Shown here in pieces: positions 31,167-44,600 of a stretch of DNA of 64,000 bases. The stretch covers positions 124,001 to 188,000 of the forward strand of contig NC_027218.1 in NCBI RefSeq assembly GCF_000981445.1. The letters run 5' to 3'. Below the pieces are notes generated by a model. It was given only the letters and a program-made list of their open reading frames with translations. It made no database searches and was not told the origin of the DNA. Both the position numbers and the translations under genes were made by a program. Each line of letters starts with the position of its first letter. Position 1 is the first letter of the stretch. Source of the stretch: Babesia bigemina (lineage: Eukaryota).

Positions 31167-34100
31167 TTAGTTGTAGCTCGTGAACGAAGACGTAGACTGG
31201 CACAGGGGGCACTTGGCCTTCTGCGCGTTGCGGAACCACCTGCATCGAATGAAACTCGCACACAGTTAACCCACTTGTAGAGACATTCGGTGTGGAACTT
31301 GTGCTTGCAGACCTTGCATGTCTTGCCGGGGATGCTGTTGAACTGTAGGTGCACTATGGAGTAGCAAATTGGACACTCCTCTATTCCGTCGAAGAACTTT
31401 GTGATGTTGTCGCTCCACAGCAGCAATCCTTGGGATATACCTCCCCTGTTTGCGGCACTCTGTGCCATCATCAACCACCTCAGATGTTTGTTTTTGAACG
31501 TAGCCGCATCCTCCGTGGAGGTGAACGACAACGGTTCCAGTGGGAATGCCTTCGGAATCTTTACAGTCAGCTTTATAGACACCTCAGCCTTCGTGTCTAG
31601 CGAGGCGTACAAATTGCGATAGTCGGCGTCGTGTGTGATGTGCAGAGCACTAGACTTGCACGCCTTTAGAGCCCGCAATTCATCGGCGATAAGGCGCTGC
31701 GTGATCTCGGTTTTCGTGAACTTCTTGATCTGTTTCTTCACATATACACTTTTGCATTGGTTCCATACGTGGTTAACCTCCTCAGGGAAGACCTTTGACA
31801 CCTTATAATAGAGTGTTTTGACGAGGTGTCGGTATCGTTCCTCCTTTAGGTACAGGTTCTCCAGACATAAAATGAGCACGTTCAACAGAACGTGCAATGC
31901 CGATTCATCGGCGTGCTCAGGAATGGCAGGCGCGTCTGATAACCACCACGCACTGACGTATTCTTTGCCCTCGTCGGCGACGGCGTTACTGACCTGTGCC
32001 TTGATGCTTTCGTACATGGCACCCCCTGCTTCCGACGGGTTGGCCGTCAGTACCTTAAGGATGGCGTTCTTTAATGTCAGTTGGTTAGATTCCACCAGAT
32101 GCTGCAACAACATGAACGCACTAAGCCAGGAAGTTAGGCATAGTTCAAGGTCCTGATGGTGGCATGAATCACCGAACACGTCATACGTTTTGAACAGGGC
32201 TCCCGTGATGTGTGGCCCGAAAAGCACATTGAAGTAAAAAGAAATCGCCTTACGGCCGAAGTATGCGATTTCCTCACGTGTTGGGCCTACAGGAACTTCC
32301 TCAGGGTTATCGGTTGAGGGTTCTTCGGCGTCTCCGGGGTGGCCATTTTCTTCTGGATCCTGCAGTGCATTCAACAGCAGCTGCGATATGTCTATTGGCA
32401 CTCCCTCTTGATTAACTGCATTGTGAACATCCGGTGATGTTTCCACAGCGGCGAATTTGCCGGGTAGCAATAAATAAACGCTGTTGTGTTCAAGGTCCAC
32501 GTTACACAAGGTGCCGCTGTACTCTGCGATATGTGAAAAAAGGAACGAGCAGCACCAAAGCCTTGAAACAAAAGCCAAACTGTATATATAACAGGATTGC
32601 GATTTGGATAAAAAGCTAACAAATTCGTATGTCGCCGCCTTCAAGGTTTTTAAAGCCCTCTGTATGTCGTCGGCATCATGGCCAACGACTGTCTTTTGGG
32701 AGTCAACGGACTCCACAAAGTACACTACCATTGATACAAAGTAATGAGGGTCAATGGAATCCACCGTTGTGCCAAATGGTCCCTCTGCCAAAGCTTGCGC
32801 CACGTTCTCCGCCGACAGAGCCTCCATCACATCCGCATATTCCCTCAAGCTAGACAGGGAAAAATCGTACGCACCACGGTCCACGCGCAGTACTTTAAGT
32901 GATACAATTTCATTTGATATGCATAAGTGCATAATTTCCGCGAATAAGTTTATGACGAGGTGGGAGGGTGCTGACAGGTTGCGGCAGCAGAAACTCAATG
33001 CGCTCATAATCCACCCACCTTCCACAAACTTCAAGAACGCCGCAGAATCCAGTGACAACGCCTTTACCAGACATGAACACGCGTGGAAAAGGTCCAAGAG
33101 AGCGCTATGAAGCCAGAAAGATGTACAAGCATCTTTGTGCTTCAATATCCGCAATTTCCCCAAAACAGCTAGGGGCACTGAAACCATTTTTTCCGTGAGG
33201 TAAGACACATCACATCCCTCCTTGACATCAAACTTGCCATCTCCATTTACAAAAGAGTTGCCAAAGAGTGGAGCCAGCTCGAGCAGATAGTTTGTCATGA
33301 GCACTATATCGTCCTCACCACATAACTCCACAGCCGACAATATGTCATCTGCCGTCGTTATTGCCACGTTCCCCATACGTTTCGAAGTGGCAACAAATCC
33401 TCCAACGAATTGGTTTGAACAGTATTGTTGCTTGAAGAGGGCGACTACTGACTCATCATAGGCACCTAACTTATGCAGGTAGCTGTTGAACAATTGGATC
33501 TTGTTTGTGTATTCGAACTTTGATTTCCAGGTTTTAGAACATATATATTTAACCAAAGTGGTAGTTATTGTATCCGAACAGGCGCAACTTTTGAGAACTT
33601 TCTCAACCAGCTTTTCGAACAATGGATAATTGAAACCGTCGTTCACCAACGTTGGTACCAACACCGAGGCAAAGTTTTGCAGATCCACTTTATCGCCATG
33701 AATCTTTGACGCGGCAACTTCATCGCCTTTTGCCGTATCGTCATCCGATTGCGTTGCCGTTCCGTTAACCGCCTCAGTATCTCTGTGCAATTTGCTCGTT
33801 TCGTCGGCCACGAAAAGGTAGGCTTCGCAGTTCATATACCACAATTGAGCAAAAAGCACTGCATTCCTATGGTGGATAACTGCATCAACCAGCACCGACG
33901 CTTGTGTCAGAGCAGATATTGTACGACTGATCGACACGGTACACCTGCACGGCGTAGATTGCAGCGATATCATTGCGTTTACAAGATCTTTGTTGAGGAC
34001 CACTTCACTGCTCGTATCATGGGAGTACTTAAACGTGTCCTTTCCCCGTTGAAGCAGTTGTAGAAAAGACTTAAGGCGATCACTGTCGGCGGTTGACTTA

Positions 34101-36568
34101 CCCTGTTGCCATTCCGGCAAAAGTGCGACGCTAAAATTAAGAAGGGTATCTATTCTGACTAACAAGTTTGTATAGTACCCCACTAGGTAGAACGCGACAA
34201 CGTCGTCGACCATTCCGTGCTCCTTCGGTTTGTATCCCTTAACGGCCGTTTTCCTTTCGAACCGCAGTACAGTGTGGAGCAGCTCATATTTGAGCAAACC
34301 TTCTGCATCCAATGACGAGACATCGACCGCACTGTATACAGCTTCGCAAGTTGCAACATTAAGGTGTTCTGGCTGCATTAACCACCCGAGCATTGTTTGA
34401 GATAGGCAATGCGAAAAGCGTTGTGACGCGTTAACGAATTTGAGGAAAACCGCCAAGCAATTGCCATCACCAAGTTCAGTTAGACAGCTGTATACTTTTT
34501 TTGCTATATTGACCGCTTTATCGTCAGAGTCGGTATTTTGCAATGCCACCAACGATACGAGCAATACGCTTTTCGCATCCGTTTCCTCAGGATAATATTT
34601 TTCGGGTTCATTCAATAAAGGTTCGAACAATTTTAATACACGCGAAAGTTTAGCAAACGCGCCCTCGAATTCCCAACTATCATGGTACTTTCGTTCCATA
34701 AAGAAGCGCGGAGCCACTAAAATGCCCGAGTCTTTGGACAGCGTAGTGATGCTGTCAGCAACACTCAACATCTCGTCCATACGCTCCACGCACGACGGAG
34801 ATTGTGGTTCGGCCAAAAATTCCATAAGAACAGACGGCAACTCGTCTTCCATGATCCGCGACTTCAGGCCCTTCTGTGCATTGCGGACGTACGACTTTAT
34901 GCTGTCACGGGGTTCCACATCTTCTACGTCGTTATGCCCACCCTTCGACAGGGAGTCAAATATACGTGTCATTAGAACACCATTGACTTGTTTCTCATCT
35001 ACTTTTCTTAACATCGTCAGGATGGTATCGATAGCCTCGGACGATTTCATGGCCTCTGCTTCCTCTATGAACTCGGTGAATATGCGCGGAAGTTGCGATA
35101 GTAAATGTTTAGCGAGAGAAGTGCTTTCATACGGCAACTCCAATATGGGAGCAATGGCGTGTTGTGCGATGGTTTCGCAATTACCTTCTAGAAGCATAAG
35201 TATGCGGTAGTAGCAATAGAGCATACTGCTGCCCACCTGGCTCAACATTTTGACATCGTACGCATATGACTTCTCATAATTCGCTTGCAACTTCTCACTC
35301 AGGAGATGTAGGACGTATTTGATAACTTCAAGCACAGCCTGCTCCCCGGATGGCGACCGCAACCACTCCTGCGGCAGATACGACACTAGGCAAGGACACA
35401 AAGAATAGAGCTCTGCGGTCACTGCGGAGTCCCCTGTGTGTTGTTCCAGGACCCGTTTAACAAATGAAGCATAATTTCCCAATATCGATGGTTCCCAACA
35501 TGCACTATTGTACCTGGCACAGGCGCAAATTAGACGCACATGTTGGTACGAAATGTGTGCTTCTTCGTCCTCGTGTACCCGTTTCATACCTATTCCGAAC
35601 AGCTTCCTCGCGATTGGCAGCTTACCGGCCGGTAAGACTTTGACTAATTCAACAAGTAGTCGCGCACTTGCTAGACGCTGCCTGAACGTGCCGTTGAGGC
35701 ACAGCGAACCAATTCTATTAACGAGCTCATCGTTGACGAATACCGTAACGGGGAGCTTATCTCCATCCACTTCATTGGCAAATAGTCTTTGCTGAGTCAT
35801 AAGGTTAACAATACCTTGTAACAGCGAACAGACGAGCCTATTGTGCATGTCCGAGATAGTGGCGGAGTTGTCGCAAGTCTTGCCAAAAGTATCCATCCAA
35901 TCGCGTTTATATTCCTCTATATTCCGACTAAGTAGCATTAGGCTGGTATTTGCGATTGTCTGGATATAATGTGTGAGCACGCGGAACGTCTTGCGATCCA
36001 GTTCAGTTCTTTCGGCGTCGGGTGCCGAAAAGAGGCTGTGAAAAGCTTCGATATATGCGCTAGCCACGTCCGGTGCATCGTCATGCATCGCCATCCACCA
36101 GTATGTCACAATCCCATCCATGTGCACCTGCATACGCTTTTTGAGTGTTTTGGCAATGCGGGAAAGGGCTTGTCCAAGGTGTAGACGTATTTTCCTTGAA
36201 GGCTCTACGACTGCGATGCGCTTAAAAAGATGCATGAAATCAGGCACCAAGCCCTCCAAAACATAGTCTGGGGTGTCATCAAGCAGCGAAATGAGGTGTT
36301 CAATGGCCTTCAGTTTGGTGGTGCCGTCTTTCTTCGTGAGCTTCTCCAGCGCCTTGAGAAGTTCTGCCTGTGACTGTGAAAAGGCAGATGAGGCGTCATC
36401 AGAGCGCCCATCTCGCGATTGATCGCCAGTCCCGTATGCCGTTGCATCGTGGTAAAACGAGTCGAAGATGTGATGCAACCCCGTTGGTCTGGAATTCGCG
36501 GTCTGGTACATCGCGAAATCCGACGACCGCACTTTGCGTTCCTCCTGCTTTTTTCCTTTACGAGTCAT
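31167..36568 (-). CDS. LTN1: E3 ubiquitin ligase listerin (ribosome quality control)
   Basis: N-terminal LEKLTKKDGTTKLKAI, RWD domain (IPKAFPLEP), RING CPICYSIVH...CKHKFHTECLYK. Removing the 35-nt intron 31274-31240 restores WFRNAQKAKCPLCQ. Likely start is MTRKGK at 36568. Confidence 0.92.
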
Positions 36569-36834
36569 CTTTGATAAATGAGTTAGAGAACACACATTCC
36601 TGCCGTATCGCGGTAGCGGAGTAGTCACGCCAGACAACAATGTGCGGGGAATGAGAGGGTTAGAATCACGTTTTAGCGACCGCCAAAATGGCCTTACGTA
36701 ATGCACTTATAAATGTGAATATGTGCTTTCAAATAGGGGACATTTTATTGTCAGCGGACTCAATAGACGTATGTCGTCTTTACGTACTGTACCGTCAACA
36801 CATCAATACACATATCGTTTTAACGACTAAAAAT

Positions 36835-37671
36835 TCACACAGGTGTGTCTTCATATGTTTGTGTGACGTTCTCATCGTGTTTGCGGCCGTACATGAGGAA
36901 GATCGGCAGTGCGATAATGACCGAGCCTGCGATATAGTTCCCTATGAGCGTGGGAGCTAAGTTGCTTCCGTAGACGGTGAGGAACGAAGTTTCCTTGCAA
37001 GACATGAGCGCTGCGTGAAGCGTGTAGAAGTTGGCAACGATATGCTCGAATCCTGCAACGGCGAAGCTTGCGATGAGTAATACCATGGACAAGATGGCTC
37101 CCGACGAATCCAAAGAGGCGTAGGAGCACCAGACCGCCATGCATACATAGCAATTGCAACCGATAGCACTGAATATCACGCGCCAGAACGGCAGCGACAG
37201 CTTGAAGTCGTAGACAGCCTTCAAGTATGGCGAACCAGACCCTACATTCTCCATAAAGAACCCTGTGCCGGCGCTCAGCATTGCCGCTCCTGTTATGGCT
37301 CCTGTGTAGTTGCCGATAAGCGACGTGGCCATTCTAATAGCGTAATCACCCGGACCTATTCTCATCGTGTATGCCAACAGGGCGAAGTTCATGCAGTTGC
37401 TTGTCACCAGGTCCGTTCCAGTGAAGACGATACAGACGAGCGCACCTGAGAAAATGAGACCGAACGCCAGTTTAGAGGCAGCGTAATGATGTTCTAAATA
37501 AAAGTGAGACGCCAAAACCATAGCGGCGTGGCCTCCCAGGGCAGCGAAATAGCCACCCATCACTGCCTTTAAGAACAAAATGTACAGGGGACATTTGACT
37601 TTCGCCTCGCCGGAGGCCAATGCCACCTCGAGAGTGTCTGCTGGCTTACGAAGTTGACACACATACTCCAT
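36835..37671 (-). CDS. FNT: Formate-nitrite transporter family (lactate/H+ transporter FNT)
   Basis: KAVMGGYFAALGG, FTGTDLVTSN, AIGCNCYVCMAVW, GFEHIVANFY, TLIGNYIAG. First ATG at 37671. Confidence 0.92.
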   Translation of the reverse strand: MEYVCQLRKPADTLEVALASGEAKVKCPLYILFLKAVMGGYFAALGGHAAMVLASHFYLEHHYAASKLAFGLIFSGALVCIVFTGTDLVTSNCMNFALLAYTMRIGPGDYAIRMATSLIGNYTGAITGAAMLSAGTGFFMENVGSGSPYLKAVYDFKLSLPFWRVIFSAIGCNCYVCMAVWCSYASLDSSGAILSMVLLIASFAVAGFEHIVANFYTLHAALMSCKETSFLTVYGSNLAPTLIGNYIAGSVIIALPIFLMYGRKHDENVTQTYEDTPV

Positions 37672-38516
37672 TTCAGAAAAGATGTGCCAAATTTTCGGGC
37701 GCCTTGCCGTTGTCAAAATAGCGGAGGTCCGGAAATGACCTATAGTGGTACTAGCGAATTTCGTCCACACATATGACAATAATATCACAGCCCTTCTGCG
37801 AATTATAATTAAATCCGTTTTTCGATACTGACAGGATCCGGAAAATACGATTTTTCGACAAGTGAGAAATAGCGTAGTCGTGCAGCACAAATTTTCAGGC
37901 AACTTCGACCCACAAAATCATATGTATTTCCACGATCGGAGTGAACGCCTATTATACGGGAACCTATAAAACAAAATTTTTTATTTCTTTATCTATGACT
38001 CCTACAGTGTGTATGGATGCAAATCTCAGAATCCAGCTGAGATCCTTTTCATTTACTTCGATTTTTACGACGACCAAAGATGTTCCTAAATGCGTTATAA
38101 ATTTCAGATGAGTTCACATTCGTGTTAGCACGTATGTGGCTGAATTAGGAGCGCGTCCAGAAGTGCGTAAGTACACAGAGCTAAGCACGGGCGACTAACG
38201 TACACCTACGTCGATAATTATCAGTACACATGCCACCGACTACACTAATTCGTTGCATTTATGAGAGTACTACGCTGTCTTTTGCGATATTTTGGGGCGC
38301 CTTTAGTGAGATGGAAACATCCCAAATCTGTAATCATGTGGCGCGGTGATATGTAGACACTCCTCACCTGATAAGTCAACACAATTGTCGAGCATTCGCA
38401 AAGTCGTTGATGTGTACATATTTGCGTTACTCAACCCGACTATCGGTGTCGACAGTCCGTCGCATCAGGTTGTAACATGGGTGTATTCTTTTGAGATTGG
38501 ATTATTGCATTGAGCG

Positions 38517-40603
38517 ATGGAAAATGTTGCAATTAAGGTATGTTTTGTGTGTCTAAATGTTTTATCTATTGCTATCAGCTCGCCGCGGCTGCTGCCAGGG
38601 AGCGTATTCCAGTGGAATACGCAGCTAGATACACGGATTTGTTGCTGGAGGAATCGCGCAATCGCAATGACAGCAATGCTGATAGTTATCATGCCGATAC
38701 AATACACGACACCGTGAGCGATTTCCTCCTCCAGTTCGAGGAAAAGATCGCTCTGAATCTCGATGCCACCGTCGCCGAGCTTCGGCCTGATTTGTCTAAT
38801 GTGCAGCATAGGAGGAATCGCTACACAAGCATATACGACTCCAGCACATCCGACTCCGCTGTTTTAACAGGCGCTTCGTCGATCACAGGTAGTAGGAGAC
38901 AATGCCTGAAAAGCTTTTTCGACGGCAAATCCTTCGTGGGGAGTATTCCGCTCAAAAATGCCGCCAGGCGATATATACTGGGAGAGCTGGAACTAGATGC
39001 CGTCCGAAATATCGCGAGGCTGTCAGGTTTGCGTGCCAGGCAGACACGCGTTGCGGCGAGTAACGCCGTAGGCGCACAAAACGGTGCCGTCTCAACTCCT
39101 GCAACAGCCACACCTTCAGTGGCACCAGCCAGCCGTGATGCATCCACCAATGTTGCCACGGCATCTCAACCCACATCTAAGTCTACGGAATCGCGAGTAT
39201 CAGGCGGAGTAGCCAATGCCGTGCCACCAGAGGCTTCTCCAGTCATCTCCAGGCCCGAGATCAAGCCAACCCCTAAAGCGGCCCAACCGAAACAAGACCC
39301 GCCTGCATATCTGAACACAAAGAAAGAAATCTCTGAATCGCATGGTGCCACTAAGGATGACGAACCAAATCCTAGTGGCACTGTCAAACGGCAGTGGGAG
39401 GCCGGCGCCACTAAGGCAGCAACAGACGGTACGCGGTTGGCTGCTAAGAACACTAAAAGGACAAATAACACTGATCCGGGTTTTAAAAGTGGTATGGATG
39501 TACTAGTAAACGACTGTGAGGAAAAGAAGGCACCACTCAATATCGGCTCGGACAAACCCCGCCAGTCATGCGGTCTGAGTTACCCTTCCAAGACGAATTT
39601 GAACAGTTTAGTTACGTCTGGGAATACAAATCAAAGTTCCAAGCAGAAACCGCCTGTGGATGAGCGATATGTACCTCTGGTAGGTGCTGATCTCACTCCC
39701 GAGATCATCAACGTTGTGTTGAATATGAAGTTGGACGCAAGTTTGTACAATATTTGCGAGGCTGACATTGCAGGTCTAAATGAAGTTAAGAAAACGCTCA
39801 AGGACAAGGTCGTACAGCCAATTATGCGACCCGACCTTCACACGGGATTGCTGAGGGCGCCCAAAGGTGTGCTACTTTTCGGCCCGCCAGGAACGGGGAA
39901 GACTACGCTTGCTAAATGGATCGCAAATTTGTCTCGCGCCAATTGTTTCGAGGTCTCTCCCAGCTCTATAACTAGCAAATTTCATGGTGAAAGTGAGTCT
40001 ATCATCAAGGCACTTTTTAAGGTGGCTCATTTTGATAGCCCCTCTATTATTTTCATCGACGAGGTGGACGCTGTGCTTGGCAAACGCAGCACGAACGAGG
40101 CCGACCTCTCTATACGTATGAAGAACCAGCTGCTGCAAATGATGGATGGTTTGCACTGCGGCACGAATGATGGAACAGTGGTGGTCATTGCGGCCACCAA
40201 TCGCCCCATGATGTTGGACGATGCGGCGCTTCGACGATTCGGAAAACGTGTTCTGATCCCACTTCCTGACTTGGAAACCCGCAAGGCGTTTTTGCATGAC
40301 ACTCTACGCAAGAATTGTAACGGAAATTGTGAATTAAGTAGTGATGAATTGGACCAGATCGCTGCATCTACGGAAGGATGGAACGGCAGCGATCTGCTGG
40401 CTTTGTGCACAAAAGCAGCCGAATATTCTTACGACGACACCGTTGAAGCATACGGTGGGATCGAAAACATTCCGGACGCTAGCGTATTTAGGGGTCTAGT
40501 CATAGACGACTTTATCCGTGCTCTGCGGCGGGTACGCCCTTCGAATGCGGCCAGCAGTGATTTCTCATTCGAAGAGTGGCAAAGGCTGTATGGTTCGCAC
40601 TGA
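38517..40603 (+). CDS. AAA+ ATPase of the fidgetin-like 1/spastin/katanin clade
   Basis: DIAGLNEVK, PKGVLLFGPPGTGKT, IIFIDEVD, AATNRP...DDAALRRF, terminal WQRLYGS. Probable micro-exon MENVAIK (38517-38537) and 41-nt intron 38538-38578. Confidence 0.88.
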
Positions 40604-40656
40604 ACTTTCTTCTCAGATATATAATAGTGCTTAACTATTGTTATGCTTGCATATTG

Positions 40657-40755
40657 TAGTGTGCTATGTGGCTACATGACTAGGGCCGGTTTCGATTTTG
40701 CGGGGCTAACACCTCACGCTGCTGTTGGTTGCGGGTTCCACGTCGGGCTGTCGCC
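40657..40755. repeat. Dispersed ~100-bp non-coding element, copy 2
   Basis: Matches 16620-16720 and begins about 54 bp after the AAA gene stop, at the island boundary. Confidence 0.85.
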
Positions 40756-41601
40756 CATCGTAACTGGTGCCATCTATCCTGTCTGGGCAGGAGCACATTC
40801 GACACAACAGTGATCGTCATAGCCATGTAGTTTTCACGGGTTATACATCTCCACGCTGCTGATGGCATTCCGTTACTCGGGATGTCTTATCTCTGGTAGT
40901 TTACGCCCCGATCCCCCGTTACTTTGTCGTACATTATCCTTTCATTTCCCCAACACCTCACTTTTCATCCCTTTCAACCTCTCCCGTCTGTCTCAGTCTC
41001 ACTTAACGTGGCTCCCTATCTCCTTCCACATCGCCACGTTGCCGCCTCTTCCAATCCCTCGACAATTTCGCTCCTTATCCCCTCACCTTTTTACACTGCC
41101 ATAGCATTCTCTAAAGACCATTTCCCGCCTTCTCGCCTCCTACAACTCACTCCACCCCTTCATTTCATTCACTTCCTTGCCTCCCTGCTCACTCCCCTCT
41201 CCTTCATACACGTCCCCCTTTCCTTCGGCTTATTTTTCCCCGCCTTCCTTTCACGCACCTTAATGCCCCTTGCGCCACTCCTGTGCACCCTCCTACCTCG
41301 CAATTCGCCTGGCTCTCTGGTCGCGCCCCTGATCTCCTGTCTGGCACCATGTTGGTCGCCGACCGGAATGGCGAAGATGCCATACGATTCGCAACATGCC
41401 ACATCAAGGCACATCATGCACGTTATGAACACCCCGATATGCGACACTATTGACGCTTCATTTGATTACATTGTGCAATTACTTTTCCGAATGCCGTATC
41501 ACAACCTGACTGGCCGGCACCTGTCGCCGCAACTAAGATCATGAAAATAATGAACTAATATTATGTGTTGCGAAGTATTGTTATACGCGAGATATTAGTA
41601 G

Positions 41602-44600
41602 TTATTTAAGCTGGTCTATGAGATCATTGGGATCATCGTCAAAGTAGTCGGCGTCGTAGAGTGAGAGCATCTTCCTGCTATTGGTGAGCAGCGCCTTGAC
41701 GTCGATGAGGTGTGAAGCCTTAGACCTGATGGCATGAGAGCACAGGTACAGGATGTCCAGGCGGTACAGTATCGTGTATGAGAGGAGAAGTGCTGCGGCC
41801 GACCACAATGCGATGAGCGTGTAGATGAAGGGCATCCTGACTTTGTAGAGGAAGTCGTCCATGCGGGTCATAAGTGATGCGATAGGTTGACCGTTGACAA
41901 TTTTTTCCAACTTAGAGATGACATCAGAGCACTTGAGTGATGTCTGCGGTGTGCCCTCCGGTGGCGTGAACCCGTGTAGGTAGAGGAGGGGCATAGCATA
42001 GGGGCATGAGTGGAGTGATGCGCACTTGGTGTTACCATGCCCTTCTAAATCATAACGTAGTTTCTTGAGTGACTCCCACAGTCTGTCCGGCAGGTAAACC
42101 GCCCAGATGAGGTAGGTGTGGGCGAAAGTCGGAGAGTACAGGGAGTACGCCCGATAGGTGATTGGGGAGCAGTGTTGAGGGCAATTGGCACGATCACCGC
42201 TGCAGCCAACCAGTGTGGACAAGGTACGGGGATGTGCATTGTCGTGGATGGTGTTGAAAGCGTCTGTACCCCTGATACCCCGGACGGCGTGAAGGTCGTG
42301 GCGACCAAGATGGTCCCAGTCAGGGCAGTTGGGATGCGGAGTGGACAGGGCAGTTCCCAGGTTTGACGGTCCTTTCGAATGTGATAAGTACAGCTCATTT
42401 CCGAAATGATGGAAGAATGAGACAAGCTCCCCGGTTGTGCGTGGCGTCCGCCTGGTGAGGCAGTTGAGGTAAGCGGACAATGTCAGCAAGGGATCATCAT
42501 CGACGCTGCAGGTGGGAGAGAGGAGGTAATAGAGGTAGCTGGCATCTTTGGGGCTCTTGCCGAAATAACCTTTTCTGAATCCCATCCTGATACGACTCTT
42601 GAGGCAGACGTCACACGGGTTGTAGAAATAAGTGTTATAGTTGGAGGCGTCAGTCAGGAAGGCCTGGAGAGGGGAGTCAGCAGATACGGATTGCCCATAC
42701 TGACAAGTTACCCAACCACCATGTGACTTGTCCCGACTACACTGCGACTTTAAGAACTCCAGCTGGTGGTGGCAGGCGTACACGTAGTCACGCAACTGGC
42801 AGAGGAGCCCGGCGGGGTCGAGAGAGTAGTAATAATTGCGATACTCTGCATTGAACTCGGGAATTGACATAGCGTTCGAAATGCCTTTGTCCTCAATCCG
42901 GTATATAACGACCGCAGCGTAGTGGCACGCTTCTGTCACTTTGGCGGTTACATGGGAAGCGTCCAGCGTGGAGGGATCACCGATTACCTCTACAGCATCG
43001 GAGTGCTGCGAAGGATATAAAACGTCGTTGTTTTGTTCATTTAAGATGCTTTTGACGTGCTTCTCTATTATATAAATATAGCTATACTGAGTCAAGCCCA
43101 CAAGCCAGTAAAGCATTTCCCGGATCGTCTGGGGAGGAGGCAAATGATCGGAGGGCGGGGGAGGCGACCTGGTTGCTGAGATGGTGGTAAGGGAAGAAGG
43201 CTCAACAAACCAGGGTTCACGGCATTGGGGAATATAGGCTTCACTAGTAATTCCTTCGTTGGGTGATTCATGGAAATCGAAACGTTCAAACGGCACATCG
43301 GCGTCATGAAGGCCCAATGCGTTCGACAAACCTGACGCTTCTCGTAACTTATCCCGGTTGTAAGCTAAATCCGATTGGGAATGTGGTTTGCCAAATGTCT
43401 GCGGGCCGGTCAGAGGATATTTAGGAGGGGTGATGCCCTTGCCATATCGTGATTTCTCAATATCATAATTGAAAAGCGCATCGGCACTTGGCTTATAAAC
43501 ACCCCTACTATGTATCAATTTAGGCTTCAAAACTTCCACTTCTAATTCAGGCAAATGCTGACCTCGACCACTACCGGGAGCAAGGCTACCAGATGCAGCA
43601 GATCGCGGGGTCGAAACCTTGGCTGCCTGATTGCGCACTGCCTGTGGAGATACTGTATTCTGTGTACCTAACGAAGCACTATCCGACCCCGCACCTAGCA
43701 CCGCAGCTTGAGCAGGGAGCTTAGGGCTTACAGCAGGACTGGCGGGAGGGGTTGGAGTGGACATTGCCGAGGATTGAAGTGTGGGCGGAGGCGGTTGTAT
43801 CCCCTGTGCATCTGGAAGATGAGAAGACGCTGAAGCAACCGGACCAGTAGGCCCCAGCTGACCTGGATCACCATTAGACCCCGGTGCGCCTGTACCACCA
43901 CCTGGACCATGGCCACCAGGTGACGGATGGCCTGGGCTCGGAGTACTTGTTGAGGAAGTATGTGCAGCTGCTGGTGGTTGAACTAGCTGTTGAGCTGGAG
44001 GATCACTGACCTGCAAACTCTTGCCTCCGTCACCCGAACCAGAGGGGCCTTGACCTTTACCATCTTCAGGAGGAGTGTCAGAACCAAGTGGTGCTTGCGA
44101 TATTTCAGGCTTTTGTTCACTTTGACCATTATTTTGGTTTGGAGATCCTGATGACGCAGCATCCACCAGAGTGCCATCCTCCACCAACTCTACAACATCA
44201 TCATACTGATCCTCGGCATCTGCTTCCTGAGGGGATGTATGATGGCCATGGGTTTGATCACACTTTCGACCTTTTAAAATGTGTACAAGCGCATCCAGTT
44301 CTCCACCGTACCCACCGAGCATCCCTATTACCCCTTTCCACTTCTGATCCAAATTCTCTGACCCATTGCTCTCCGTACCAAGGTTTCGCTCATCAAATAT
44401 AAAACCATATGGGAAAAAATGCTTGTTGAAATATTCACCAGCACCTGTATAGCGATTTGCCTTAATTTCTTTCAGACTTGACCCCACTCTATCCAAATTC
44501 TCTTTAAGCCACCTCGTCATCCTTTTAGCGAACTTTTCTTTGTTAAGATCATCAACTGCTGGCGAATGACCAGTGTTGGAGAGGATACCAGCATTGAAAA

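Noticed and set aside
30917..31240. C-terminal extension of the 1929-aa ORF overlapping BI-1
   Set aside because: Artefact of reading through the 35-nt intron. Splicing completes the RING domain and stops at 31167.
37672..37902. N-terminal extensions from TTG/GTG starts (FNT; likewise 14467, 45426, 56652)
   Set aside because: In a eukaryote the first in-frame ATG is the expected start, and it coincides with the start of family homology.
40924..41544. 206-aa Leu/Pro/Ser/Phe-rich plus-strand ORF
   Set aside because: Expected from the pyrimidine skew, which depletes stop codons. No motif or paralog.
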